From assembly GCA_965230955.1 (NCBI GenBank), contig OZ246404.1:97184-161183 (forward strand): a stretch of 64,000 nt of DNA, given 5' to 3'. The position numbers and the translations under genes were made by a program. A model generated the notes under the pieces. The model saw only the letters and a program-made list of their open reading frames with translations, did not search any database and was not told the DNA's origin. Source of the DNA: an uncultured Candidatus Saccharibacteria bacterium. GTDB lineage: Bacteria > Patescibacteriota > CALEFQ01. Shown piece after piece: positions 33,905-43,301 of the stretch; the first letter of the stretch is position 1; the number at the start of each line of letters is the position of its first letter.

Positions 33905-36205
33905 ATGGAAGCGAAAAAATTTGAGATGGAGCTGGCCGGTCGTAAATTGACGATCGAAACCGGTCTCCTGGCCAAGCAGGCTAATGGTGCCGTGACGGTT
34001 CGTTACGGCGACACAATGGTATTGGCCACAGTAGTGTTTAGCAAACGCAAGCGAGTCGGGAAAGACTTTTTCCCGCTGATGGTCGAGTACGATGAGAAGA
34101 TGTATGCCTCCGGCAAAATCAAAGGCTCGCGTTTTGTTAAACGTGAAGGACGGCCGTCCGACGAGGCGCAATTAACCGCACGGTTGATTGATCGCCCGCT
34201 ACGGCCGCTTTTTGATCAGCGAATTCGCAACGACATTCAGGTGGTGATAACCACCCTGTCTTATGACGGCCAGAATGATCCCGATGTGCCGGCACTGGTG
34301 GCTTCGGCAACGGCGATTTTGATTTCCGACATTCCTTTCGAAGCGCCGCTCGGAGCCGTGCGAGTCGGTTTGGTTGATGGCCAAATGGTAATCAATCCGA
34401 CCGTGGAACAGCGAGCTAAAAGTTCTTTGGATCTGGTTGTGGCCGGCACCCAAGAAAACATTGTTATGGTTGAGGCCGGCGCAAAAGAAGTGGCGGAAGC
34501 CGATATCCTGAAAGCCATGGCTTTCGGGCACGATTCAATCAAACAAATTACCGCTTTCCAGTCGGAAGTTATCAAGGCGATCGGTAAAACCAAACAGGAA
34601 TTAGTCCTCCCCGAACCGGGCGAAGCTACGGTGAAAGAAAAAGTGGCCGCGGCGGTCGGGAACAAATTGGATGAGATTCTAGACACCAATATCAAGCTGG
34701 AGCGGATGGCTAAAACCGATGCGCTGGAGGAAGAAATAGTCGAACAATTGACAAAAGACATCGACGATTCTTTTGGCGAAAATAAGCTGAAATCTATTGC
34801 CGAGAAACAGGAATTGTTCAATAAGCAGGTGATTGATATAAAAGAAGCTTTTCACGAAGTTATGTCTGATCGAGTGCGGGCGGATATTTTGGAAAAAGAG
34901 CACCGGATCGGGGGACGCAAACTGAATGAAATTCGGCCCATCAGTATCGCGGTGGGAGTTGCCCCGCGGACTCACGGAACCGGTTTGTTTACCCGCGGCG
35001 AAACCCAAGTTCTGACGGTGGCTACTCTCGGCTCTCCGGGCGATGAGCAAATCATCGACGGTATGGAAGACGAGTACAAGAAGCGCTATATCCACCATTA
35101 CAATATGCCCGGTTTTGCTACCGGCGAAACCGGTCCGTCGCGCTGGCCGTCGCGTCGCGAGTTGGGTCATGGTGCCATGGCGGAGCGGGCTTTGATTCCG
35201 GTTTTACCTCCGCAAGAAAAATTTCCCTATACCATTCGTTTGGTTTCCGAAGTTCTGGAAGCGAACGGTTCGACTTCGATGGCTTCCACTTGCGCCAGCA
35301 CTTTAGCCTTGATGGATGCCGGCGTGCCGATTACAGCTCCGGTAGCCGGTGTGGCGATGGGTTTGGTCACCGATGGCCAGGGGAAATTTAAAGTACTGAC
35401 CGATATCCAAGGCGAGGAAGATCATCTCGGCGACATGGACTTCAAAGTGACCGGAACCGAAAAAGGCGTGACCTGCATGCAGATGGATATCAAGGTCAAA
35501 GGTATAACCCATGAGATTTTCGAACAGGCGATCGGCCAGGCGCGCGAGGGCCGAATGGAAATCCTGGGAAAGATTAAAGCTGTCCTCCCGCAACCGCGAG
35601 CGGATTTATCAAAGTACGCCCCGCGGATCAAGACGATCAAAATCAATCCGGAAAAAATCCGCGAAGTTATCGGTCCGGGCGGAAAGGTGATAAATAAGAT
35701 CATCGAAGAAACGGGAGTAAAGATCGATATCGATGATGCCGGATTGGTCATGATTTCTTCGGTTGATCCCGAAGGGATGAAGCAAGCCGTCCAGAAAGTG
35801 GAAGACATCACTCGCGAAGCGGAAGTCGGTAAGATTTATCACGGCAAAGTTACTCGCCTGATGACTTTTGGGGCGTTTGTTGAGATTTTCCCGGGTCATG
35901 AAGGCTTGGTCCATATTTCCGAGATGGCTCCTTATCGAGTGGGGCGCGTGGAAGATATCGTCAAAGAAGGCGACGAGATCGATGTGATCGTGACGGAAAT
36001 AGACGACCAGGGGCGAACTAACCTGTCGAAAAAGCAGGCCGATCAAAAATTAGGGAAACCGGCTCCGACACCGAAGCCGGGAACCGGCGCTCCGAGCAGC
36101 CGGCCGGCCTTTGGTTCTCGACCGCCGCGATTTGGCGGTAATGACCGCGGGCGTCGTTCTGATGGCGATCGTCCGCCGCGCCGTGGCTTCTTTATCAAGA
36201 AATAA
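33905..36205 (+). CDS. pnp: polyribonucleotide nucleotidyltransferase (PNPase) with Arg/Gly/Pro-rich C-terminal tail
   Basis: Two RNase PH-like cores, then KH (VIGPGGKVINKIIEETG) and S1 (GKIYHGKVTRLMTFGAFVEIFPGHEGLVHISE) domains. Confidence 0.9.
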   Translation: MEAKKFEMELAGRKLTIETGLLAKQANGAVTVRYGDTMVLATVVFSKRKRVGKDFFPLMVEYDEKMYASGKIKGSRFVKREGRPSDEAQLTARLIDRPLRPLFDQRIRNDIQVVITTLSYDGQNDPDVPALVASATAILISDIPFEAPLGAVRVGLVDGQMVINPTVEQRAKSSLDLVVAGTQENIVMVEAGAKEVAEADILKAMAFGHDSIKQITAFQSEVIKAIGKTKQELVLPEPGEATVKEKVAAAVGNKLDEILDTNIKLERMAKTDALEEEIVEQLTKDIDDSFGENKLKSIAEKQELFNKQVIDIKEAFHEVMSDRVRADILEKEHRIGGRKLNEIRPISIAVGVAPRTHGTGLFTRGETQVLTVATLGSPGDEQIIDGMEDEYKKRYIHHYNMPGFATGETGPSRWPSRRELGHGAMAERALIPVLPPQEKFPYTIRLVSEVLEANGSTSMASTCASTLALMDAGVPITAPVAGVAMGLVTDGQGKFKVLTDIQGEEDHLGDMDFKVTGTEKGVTCMQMDIKVKGITHEIFEQAIGQAREGRMEILGKIKAVLPQPRADLSKYAPRIKTIKINPEKIREVIGPGGKVINKIIEETGVKIDIDDAGLVMISSVDPEGMKQAVQKVEDITREAEVGKIYHGKVTRLMTFGAFVEIFPGHEGLVHISEMAPYRVGRVEDIVKEGDEIDVIVTEIDDQGRTNLSKKQADQKLGKPAPTPKPGTGAPSSRPAFGSRPPRFGGNDRGRRSDGDRPPRRGFFIKK

Positions 36206-36233
36206 TCGTTTTAAATAAAACCACATCTTTTCC

Positions 36234-37775
36234 ATGGGCACTCCTTGGTCTAAATGGCTGATTCCGCTGATCGTGATCGGTATTATCGCGGGAGTGGCAA
36301 TCGCGATGTGGTTTTATTTTTTTGGAAAAGCCGGTTCGGCCGCCGAATTGGTGCCGGAAGACGAGATGATCTACGTCCGGCTGGATGTGAGCGATAAATC
36401 GACGGATTCGGCCTCGGAGTTACCATCTTTCACCGAAATGACCGACCTGTTTTGGAAAGGTTTTGCCAATCAAAATCCTTTCTTTTCTTTTGAAGAGGAT
36501 ATCAAGCCCTGGCTTGGCGAAGAATTGGTGCTGGCCAAGGCCAGTCCGGATCTCGTCGATCCGTTTGTGATTTTAGCCGAAGTCGGTAATCAGAGTGAGG
36601 CGCTCAAAACGGTCGAAAAATTAAAAGCCAAGATGGGCAATCAGGGCGGAGAGTTGGTGAAAGAGAGCTACAAAGGCGTCGATCTATATAATCTGAAAGG
36701 GCTGTTCAATATGGCGGGCGGCTACGTGAAAGGATATTTGGTTTTGTCGACCAGCTTGAAAAGCGTCAAAGAAATTGTCGATGTCAGTACCGGTGACGCG
36801 AAATCTTTGTCCCAGAATTCCGAATGGCGCAATTTGGAGCGTAATCTGGAAAGCAAAGATAATCGTCTCCTGGTGGCGCTAAAGCTCAAAGAGGCGCTGG
36901 AAGCTACGACCGCTTCGCTCGGGACGACCGAACGCCTGATGGTAAAACAATTGAATCTTCCGCCGGATTTGATGCTGGGAGTGGCGATTCGCTATGAGGG
37001 CCGGGATCTGCGTCTGCAGACCTATTTGGGCTCGGGACTGATTGCCAACTGGGAGGTGATGAGCCCGGAACTGTTGGGCAGCGCTCCGCAGGATGCTCTG
37101 GCATATTTTGAGGGTAAAGATTTAGCCCGAGTTATTATAAATTGGGCCGGCCAGGATTTGAATATCTCCCCCGAATCGCTCAATTGGCTGACGGGTGAAT
37201 ATGCGGTGGTCTGGCTGCCGCGCGACAATAAGAGATCATCGCTGGGCTTGATTTTGGAAGTAGCCGATAACGAGGTGGCGCGTGCCAAGATGCAGGCGGC
37301 GGAGCCGGCGCTGGTATCCGCTTTGAGCCGTTTGGGCATCAGCGGCGCCACTGATTTCCGCGACGGCAATAATAATGGTTTGCCCAGCCGTTACGCGTCC
37401 TTTGATGAAGGACTGGCGTTGGATCTGAATTATGCCGTGACGGATAATAAAATTATCATTGCCACTTCGCAGGCCGGTTTATCCGATCTGCTGGATACGG
37501 TTCAGGGCAATCGTCTGTCGCTCCAGGAATCAAAAGTGTTTGACGGTGTCATGAAGAAAATCCAGGGCGGAGATATGGTCTCTTTGCTGTTTCTAAATTC
37601 CGAATCCATTACCGGCTGGCTGGCGCAATCGGCCGCCGAGACGGAAGAATCGGAGCAGTCTGTTTCATCCGGTTTTTTGAATCAAATTTTAGAGCCTTAT
37701 CAGGGTTTGGGCTTGGCCATAAAAAAGTCAGAGGCCGGCGCCATGATCACTGATATTTATTTACCGGCTAAATAG
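36234..37775 (+). CDS. hypothetical membrane-anchored protein (N-terminal TM, large extracytoplasmic domain)
   Basis: TM LIPLIVIGIIAGVAIAMWFYFF; no motif recognised. Confidence 0.5.
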   Translation: MGTPWSKWLIPLIVIGIIAGVAIAMWFYFFGKAGSAAELVPEDEMIYVRLDVSDKSTDSASELPSFTEMTDLFWKGFANQNPFFSFEEDIKPWLGEELVLAKASPDLVDPFVILAEVGNQSEALKTVEKLKAKMGNQGGELVKESYKGVDLYNLKGLFNMAGGYVKGYLVLSTSLKSVKEIVDVSTGDAKSLSQNSEWRNLERNLESKDNRLLVALKLKEALEATTASLGTTERLMVKQLNLPPDLMLGVAIRYEGRDLRLQTYLGSGLIANWEVMSPELLGSAPQDALAYFEGKDLARVIINWAGQDLNISPESLNWLTGEYAVVWLPRDNKRSSLGLILEVADNEVARAKMQAAEPALVSALSRLGISGATDFRDGNNNGLPSRYASFDEGLALDLNYAVTDNKIIIATSQAGLSDLLDTVQGNRLSLQESKVFDGVMKKIQGGDMVSLLFLNSESITGWLAQSAAETEESEQSVSSGFLNQILEPYQGLGLAIKKSEAGAMITDIYLPAK

Positions 37776-37776
37776 C

Positions 37777-40551
37777 ATGAACAAAAATTTTAGACAAACA
37801 TTAATTGCTCTTGATATTGAAACTACTGATATCTCTCCGACCCGGGGAGAGATTATTGAAATTGCGGCCATTAAGTACCGCCAGGGGAAGGTCGTGGATA
37901 TTTGGCATTCTTTGATCAAGCCACGGAAAAAGATTCCACCGATTGTTCGTTCGATTACGGGGTTGACCGACGAGGATGTGGCGGACGCGCCTAAAATCGA
38001 GTCGGTATTCAAAGAGGTGGCGGCTTTCATCGATGATTTTCCCATTGTGGGACACAATGTCGGTTTTGATATAGCTTTTTTGCGCCAGTTCGGAATGGAA
38101 TTGAAAAACAATCCCGTTTACGATACCTGGAAACTGGCGACGATCGTCTATCAGGGAGCCCGTTCTTACAGCCTGGAGGCGTTGACAGCTCGACTGAATT
38201 TGGAACATCGTGAAAAACACCGGGCGGAGCATGATGCCCAAGCGGGCATGAAACTTTTTCTTCATCTGGTCGATCGCTTACGGGAAATTTCCCCGGCGGT
38301 GCAAAAGCAGATTCTCGCCTTAGTTGAGCGTACCAGTTGGCCGTTGCGTGAAGTTTTGATTGAAGCCGGCCGCTTAGGTCCGCTGGCCAAGAAAAAAATG
38401 CCACCGGCGCCGTCAGAAAAAAAATCGATCAAGTCAGATGATGAAATCAGCTTCACGGCCAAAAACGTTGCCGGTTTGCTTGAAAAAAATGGGCCTGTTC
38501 GACAAGTGGTGCCCGGTTATGAATATCGGCCGGCCCAAGTGGAAATGATGCGCTACATTTCCGAGGCTTTTTTACAAGAGCAATGGTTATTGGTGGAAGC
38601 TCCTCCCGGTGTCGGAAAATCGATGGCGTACTTATTGCCGGCTGTCATGTTTGCCAAAGCCAAAAAGAAAAAGGTGGTTATTTCCACCTTTACCCTGAGT
38701 TTGCAGAATCAGTTGCTAAACAAAGATTTGCCGCTGATTCGTAAAATTTTTCCTTGGTCTTTTAAGGCGGTCGTGCTCAAGGGCCGCCAGCAGTATGTGT
38801 GCCGGCGACTGATTGACCAGTTTCAACGCCGGGCGGCTTTATCGGATGATGAAATTACCACTCTGGTAAAGCTCCTGGTTTGGCTGGCTTCTACCACCAC
38901 CGGCGAAATCAGTGAAATCGCTCTAACCCGCGAGGATCGGCCGACCATTCAGCGCCTGGTTTCCGATTATCATACCTGCGTCGGGCAGAGCTGTCCGCGC
39001 TATTTGGAATGCTATGTCAATGTTGCTCGGCAAAAAGCCGCCGCAGCTGATTTAATTATCGCTAATCACGCATTGCTTTTGCGCGAGCCAAAATTTGAAT
39101 CCGAGCCGGTACTCAATACCGAGCACTTGGTATTGGATGAGGCTCATGAGCTCGAAGGGGCGGCGACCGATGCATATAGCCAGCGTCTGACAAAACAAAT
39201 GATCGATAGTTGGCTCCAGTCGCTGACCATGCCTCGCAAAAAAGGAGGCCTGTTGGATTATTTCCCGTTCAAAAAACAGCCGCGCCTCCAAGTTTCCGTC
39301 CGGGATCTGCGTGAGGGCACGCGCCAACTGAATGACGACCTGTCTTTGTTTTGGGGATTGGTGGGAATTTTTGTCCGGCGCTATCAGCAGGATCACCAAT
39401 ACCAAAAATATGAAGTTTCCTTGACCGAGGATTTGCGCGAGCAACGCGAGTGGAAACAAGTGGCCGCCGCGGCCGAAACGTTGCAGCACAAAATGGATAA
39501 ATTTTTGGATCAAATACAATCAGTCATTGATTCGGTCGGGAAATCAACGGGCTCGGAAAAACAGCGCCCGGAATCCGAGATCGATTGGTTGCGCGGAGCC
39601 AAAGGTTTGATTCAAGAAGGGAAAATACTGGCCAAGCTTACCGGGGAAATATTCACGTCTCCCCGAGCCGAGCAAATCTATTGGATTACTATCTGGCGGG
39701 ATACCGACTTTGTGGCGAATACCGCGCCCCGGCGGGTGAGCGAACTCTTGCAGCAGCAACTTTATGCCGGCAAAAAAACTATCATCATGACTTCCGCCAC
39801 CTTATCGACGGCTCAATCGGATGATAGCGGTACTATGGTTGCCAGTTTTGATTATTTTCAGGATCGCCTCGGTCTGAACAATTTTGAGTTTCAACGTGTC
39901 GCCAGCGAATTCGACTATAAACGGCAAGCTTTGATTTACTTGCCCCGCGATTTGGTTTCTCCGCAACATCCCAAATATGTCGAACAGCTGTCCAATACAA
40001 TTGTTCAGGTGGCCGGCCGATTGGGCGGACGCACTTTAGTGCTGTTTACCTCTTATAGCGGTATCAAGGCGGTGTACGAAAAGATCACCGAATTGCTCAA
40101 GAAGGAAAAAATAGATGTTTTTGCCCAGGGTGTCACGGGCGGTAAAATGAAATTGCTCCAACAGTTCCAGCAATCGCCGCGGGGCGTTCTTCTCGGCACG
40201 GCGACTTTTTGGCAGGGCGTTGATTTGCCGGGTGAAAAGCTTAGTTGCTTGGTCATGGCGAAGCTACCTTTTGACGTGCCGACCGAACCGGTTTTTAAAG
40301 CTCGACAACAAGAATACGATAATGGTTTTATGCATTACGCGGTGCCGTTAGCGATTCTGCGTTTCCGACAGGGCTTTGGGCGTCTGATTCGGACGAAGAC
40401 CGATCGAGGCGTAATGGTAATCATGGATAATCGGATTGAAAAATCTAATTTTGGCTTGGCTTTTTTGCGCAGTCTGCCGGAATGCGAGGTGCAGTATGGC
40501 CAGTTAAGCGGTGTCGCCGATGTTACGGCCGATTGGCTGAAAAAACTATAG
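37777..40551 (+). CDS. dinG: DnaQ-like 3'-5' exonuclease / DinG-family ATP-dependent helicase fusion
   Basis: Exo motif LIALDIETTDIS..EIIEIAAI; helicase Walker A LVEAPPGVGKSMAYLLPA; DEAH box LVLDEAHELE; 924 aa. Confidence 0.85.
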   Translation: MNKNFRQTLIALDIETTDISPTRGEIIEIAAIKYRQGKVVDIWHSLIKPRKKIPPIVRSITGLTDEDVADAPKIESVFKEVAAFIDDFPIVGHNVGFDIAFLRQFGMELKNNPVYDTWKLATIVYQGARSYSLEALTARLNLEHREKHRAEHDAQAGMKLFLHLVDRLREISPAVQKQILALVERTSWPLREVLIEAGRLGPLAKKKMPPAPSEKKSIKSDDEISFTAKNVAGLLEKNGPVRQVVPGYEYRPAQVEMMRYISEAFLQEQWLLVEAPPGVGKSMAYLLPAVMFAKAKKKKVVISTFTLSLQNQLLNKDLPLIRKIFPWSFKAVVLKGRQQYVCRRLIDQFQRRAALSDDEITTLVKLLVWLASTTTGEISEIALTREDRPTIQRLVSDYHTCVGQSCPRYLECYVNVARQKAAAADLIIANHALLLREPKFESEPVLNTEHLVLDEAHELEGAATDAYSQRLTKQMIDSWLQSLTMPRKKGGLLDYFPFKKQPRLQVSVRDLREGTRQLNDDLSLFWGLVGIFVRRYQQDHQYQKYEVSLTEDLREQREWKQVAAAAETLQHKMDKFLDQIQSVIDSVGKSTGSEKQRPESEIDWLRGAKGLIQEGKILAKLTGEIFTSPRAEQIYWITIWRDTDFVANTAPRRVSELLQQQLYAGKKTIIMTSATLSTAQSDDSGTMVASFDYFQDRLGLNNFEFQRVASEFDYKRQALIYLPRDLVSPQHPKYVEQLSNTIVQVAGRLGGRTLVLFTSYSGIKAVYEKITELLKKEKIDVFAQGVTGGKMKLLQQFQQSPRGVLLGTATFWQGVDLPGEKLSCLVMAKLPFDVPTEPVFKARQQEYDNGFMHYAVPLAILRFRQGFGRLIRTKTDRGVMVIMDNRIEKSNFGLAFLRSLPECEVQYGQLSGVADVTADWLKKL

Positions 40552-40682
40552 CGTTAAGTGGAAAACGCTGTGGAAAAGTGAATAACTAAGTTACCCACAG
40601 TTGAATACATTTTATAGTAAAGACAAGGTTTATTCTCTTAAAATGGCTTAGCGGTGCCATTTTTATTTTACTGGTCGGGTAC

Positions 40683-40711
40683 TTGATAAAGAGTCTAAAT
40701 TTTGCTATAAT
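40683..40711 (+). promoter_or_regulatory. sigma70-like promoter TTGATA-17-TATAAT at the start of a 410 nt ORF-poor transcript unit
   Basis: TTGATA 40683-40688; TATAAT 40706-40711; matching terminator at 41099-41125. Confidence 0.5.
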
Positions 40712-41098
40712 GCTTATAGATCAAATTTGCTCCTTTACATGCCGATTCACCCCGATGGTGGGGGAACCAAGCTCACGAGTCTGATCTTGGTTTCCTTACT
40801 ACTCGGTTTGGTGCCGATACACCGCTTTAAAACAAAGACAAAACTTGTACCCTCTTCAGGGTTCTATCCAGAAAATGTTCCGGATAGCATCCTGAAGAGG
40901 AACTCAGTCAAACATTAGGGATCGAGGCCAAAATAGTCTCATTCCCGAAGAGCGGTAAGGATTCTTCGAGCTATTATCGGTAACTTGAAGAAAACCGTCG
41001 ACTTTTCAATGTCATTACTGATGCTTATTCACCCGGGCGTTGGTAGTGCAGAAAGGTAGACGTCTGGGGTGCTCTGCGTCCATTAATTTAATTATTTT

Positions 41099-41125
41099 TG
41101 GGGCGCACTGAGCGCCCCTTTTCGT
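41099..41125 (+). terminator. intrinsic terminator (ggggcgc actga gcgcccc ttttcgtt)
   Basis: Perfect 7 bp GC stem + T-run. Confidence 0.6.
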
Positions 41126-41186
41126 TACAAAAAATTCGATTCCCCGCTGATATTTTGCCGGTCCACCGGTATGATTCTTGGAAAAA

Positions 41187-41522
41187 TTACCGGTAGCGGA
41201 ACAAATAACGCTTTAGCTCTATTTTGTTTTTCCGGATCACAATACCTTCGACGCGGAGGAGGCGAGACTTGGCCGCTCGGCCTCCGGCAAACCCGCCGAT
41301 GTTACCATCACTGCGCACGACGCGGTGGCAGGGTACGTTCGGAGCGAAGGGGTTGCGATTGAGAGCATTGCCCACGGCTCGGCCGGCTGACGGATGTTTG
41401 ATAAATCTGGCCAGTTCGCCGTAGGTAGTGATGCGCCCGCGAGGAATTTTAAGACAGGCGCGGTATACCCGAGCCTTAAAATCTGTTAGCGTCATTTTTA
41501 CTTTATTTTTTTTGTCTGGCAT
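41187..41522 (-). CDS. MGMT-family (O6-alkylguanine-DNA alkyltransferase-like) DNA-binding domain protein
   Basis: RITTYGELA ... VPCHRVV (PCHR active-site box); ~100 aa single-domain form. Confidence 0.7.
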   Translation of the reverse strand: MPDKKNKVKMTLTDFKARVYRACLKIPRGRITTYGELARFIKHPSAGRAVGNALNRNPFAPNVPCHRVVRSDGNIGGFAGGRAAKSRLLRVEGIVIRKNKIELKRYLFRYR

Positions 41523-41559
41523 GCTATGATACTATTAGTAATAATTTCAATCCAATTAT

Positions 41560-41952
41560 ATGATATCATCTGAATTAATCGCCTCGCAAAAAAAGAAACT
41601 TCTCGCGGAAAAGGCCTTCCTGGAAGATCAACTTCAGGAAATCGGCGGCACTAAGGACACAAATGTCAAAGATGTCGAAGATTTCGACGTCAATCCTCCG
41701 GCGCTTTCAAAAGACAATGAAGCTCATGAGGATGATCTGGAAGCCCAGGAAGTTACGACCTATACCAATAATTTAGCGGTTGAAGATAGTTTGGAAAAAA
41801 AATTGGCCGATGTCAATACGGCGCTGGTCAAAATAGAAGCCGGCCAGTATGGCAAATGCGAAAATTGTTCCAAGGACATACCCCAGAAAAGACTGGAAGC
41901 GCTTCCTGCCGCCAAAATTTGTTTGGAATGCGAACAAAATAAAGCCGAATAA
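41560..41952 (+). CDS. DksA/TraR-family C4 zinc-finger protein
   Basis: Coiled-coil N-terminus; C-terminal [28 protein letters not shown]. Confidence 0.7.
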   Translation: MISSELIASQKKKLLAEKAFLEDQLQEIGGTKDTNVKDVEDFDVNPPALSKDNEAHEDDLEAQEVTTYTNNLAVEDSLEKKLADVNTALVKIEAGQYGKCENCSKDIPQKRLEALPAAKICLECEQNKAE

Positions 41953-41953
41953 C

Positions 41954-42439
41954 ATGAAGAAATCGGCGGTGGTATTCGGGATAGTTTTTGGAGCCGTGCT
42001 GGCGGCCGATCAGTTGCTTAAATATTGGCTCGTGAATAAACTCTCCATTGTCGGAGAGTTTTCTTTGTTGAATGGCGCGCTGACCATTCATATTTATCCT
42101 AATCAAGGCATCGCTTTTGGAATACCGATATACGGAGTGTGGCTTGTAATTTTACTGGCGGCGGTGGTAGGCCTTTTGCTGACCATGTATTTCAAATACT
42201 TGAAGCACGATTATCCCTGGTCCCCCCTGGCTTTGGGCCTGGTGCTCGGCGGGGCGATTGGAAACAACTTAATTGACCGGCTACGCCTAGGGTATGTCAT
42301 TGATTATGTTGATTTCCACTGGTTTCCGGTCTTCAATCTGGCCGACGCGGCGATTGTCATCGGCGTGATAATCCTCTTATGCCGGATCATATTCAATTCC
42401 GAATCGGCGGAAAATGGGGATAAAGCAGTTTCAAAATGA
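41954..42439 (+). CDS. lspA: lipoprotein signal peptidase II
   Basis: [10 protein letters not shown] ... NQGIAFGI ... FNLADAAIV motifs; start at MKKSAVVFG (41954) right after the DksA stop. Confidence 0.8.
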   Translation: MKKSAVVFGIVFGAVLAADQLLKYWLVNKLSIVGEFSLLNGALTIHIYPNQGIAFGIPIYGVWLVILLAAVVGLLLTMYFKYLKHDYPWSPLALGLVLGGAIGNNLIDRLRLGYVIDYVDFHWFPVFNLADAAIVIGVIILLCRIIFNSESAENGDKAVSK

Positions 42440-42463
42440 TCGCCAAAATGCTATCATAACTTT

Positions 42464-43162
42464 ATGGATTTTGAGGATTTTCAAGCAAAAAAAACTCCAA
42501 TAGCGCCACATCGTAATGACCTGAGTGGTTCAGCTGATGAATTCACGCCATCAGATTATTTTATGCTTTCTGAGTATGAGCATCTGACAGAGATGTTGCT
42601 TTATACCAAGGAAGTGGGTCATAAGCGGGTGCAATTTTGGTTGTCGATCGTTACCGCCGCCGGTGGTTTGTTGGCATTGTTATATCAGATTGACGGCATC
42701 AGTAAGACTTTTTCCGGAACGGCTCTAATTGTTTGTTTTGGGGTGTTGATAATCGGCTGGACTGTTTTCCTGAAGCTTATTCATAGAACGATTACCACCG
42801 TTGAATATTTGCGCGGTCTGGGAAAAATCAAGCATTATTTTGCGGAAACCGATACTCGGGTGAAACGTCATCTCTATTTTCCGGCTCGGGATGATCGCCC
42901 CTCGTTCGGCTATGATCCACACATGATGGGATCAAGTTTGAGGGGGCTGGTGGTGACAGTAAATAGTTTTGTTCTGGCTGGCGTAGTGGCTCTCTTGCCG
43001 TATTTTATCTGGAATGAGTGGTCTCAACTGCCGATTGAAATCATTTTGGCTGTCTCGGCTTTTGGGACATCTTACCTGGTTCATGAGTTGTATGCGGTTT
43101 GGCGTTTTGGCAAAGCCGAACATGATAATGAGTTTAGAGTTTCTTATCGCCGAGACGATTAG
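42464..43162 (+). CDS. hypothetical membrane protein
   Basis: Four predicted TM segments; terminator at 43189-43228. Confidence 0.5.
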   Translation: MDFEDFQAKKTPIAPHRNDLSGSADEFTPSDYFMLSEYEHLTEMLLYTKEVGHKRVQFWLSIVTAAGGLLALLYQIDGISKTFSGTALIVCFGVLIIGWTVFLKLIHRTITTVEYLRGLGKIKHYFAETDTRVKRHLYFPARDDRPSFGYDPHMMGSSLRGLVVTVNSFVLAGVVALLPYFIWNEWSQLPIEIILAVSAFGTSYLVHELYAVWRFGKAEHDNEFRVSYRRDD

Positions 43163-43232
43163 AGTGTCATTTAAAGTAGAGAAAAATCAACCCTCCTGAG
43201 CTCATTGGTGAGCTTGAGAGGGTTTTTTAGAT

Positions 43233-43297
43233 AAGTCAAAATTCAAAAGTCAAAAGTGTGCTGGCCAGTACTTTTGACCTTTGACTTTTAACTTGAA
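43233..43297. repeat. AT-rich palindrome (gtcaaaattcaaaagtcaaaagtg ... acttttgacctttgacttttaacttgaa)
   Basis: Inverted repeat read from sequence. Confidence 0.55.
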
Positions 43298-43301
43298 TTC
43301 T

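Noticed and set aside
40690-41125. RNase P RNA assignment based on GGCCAAAAUAG and GCGGUAAG fragments
   Set aside because: Fragments are short, and the GGCCAAA word is part of a genome-wide repeat vocabulary. The conserved P4 strand is absent.
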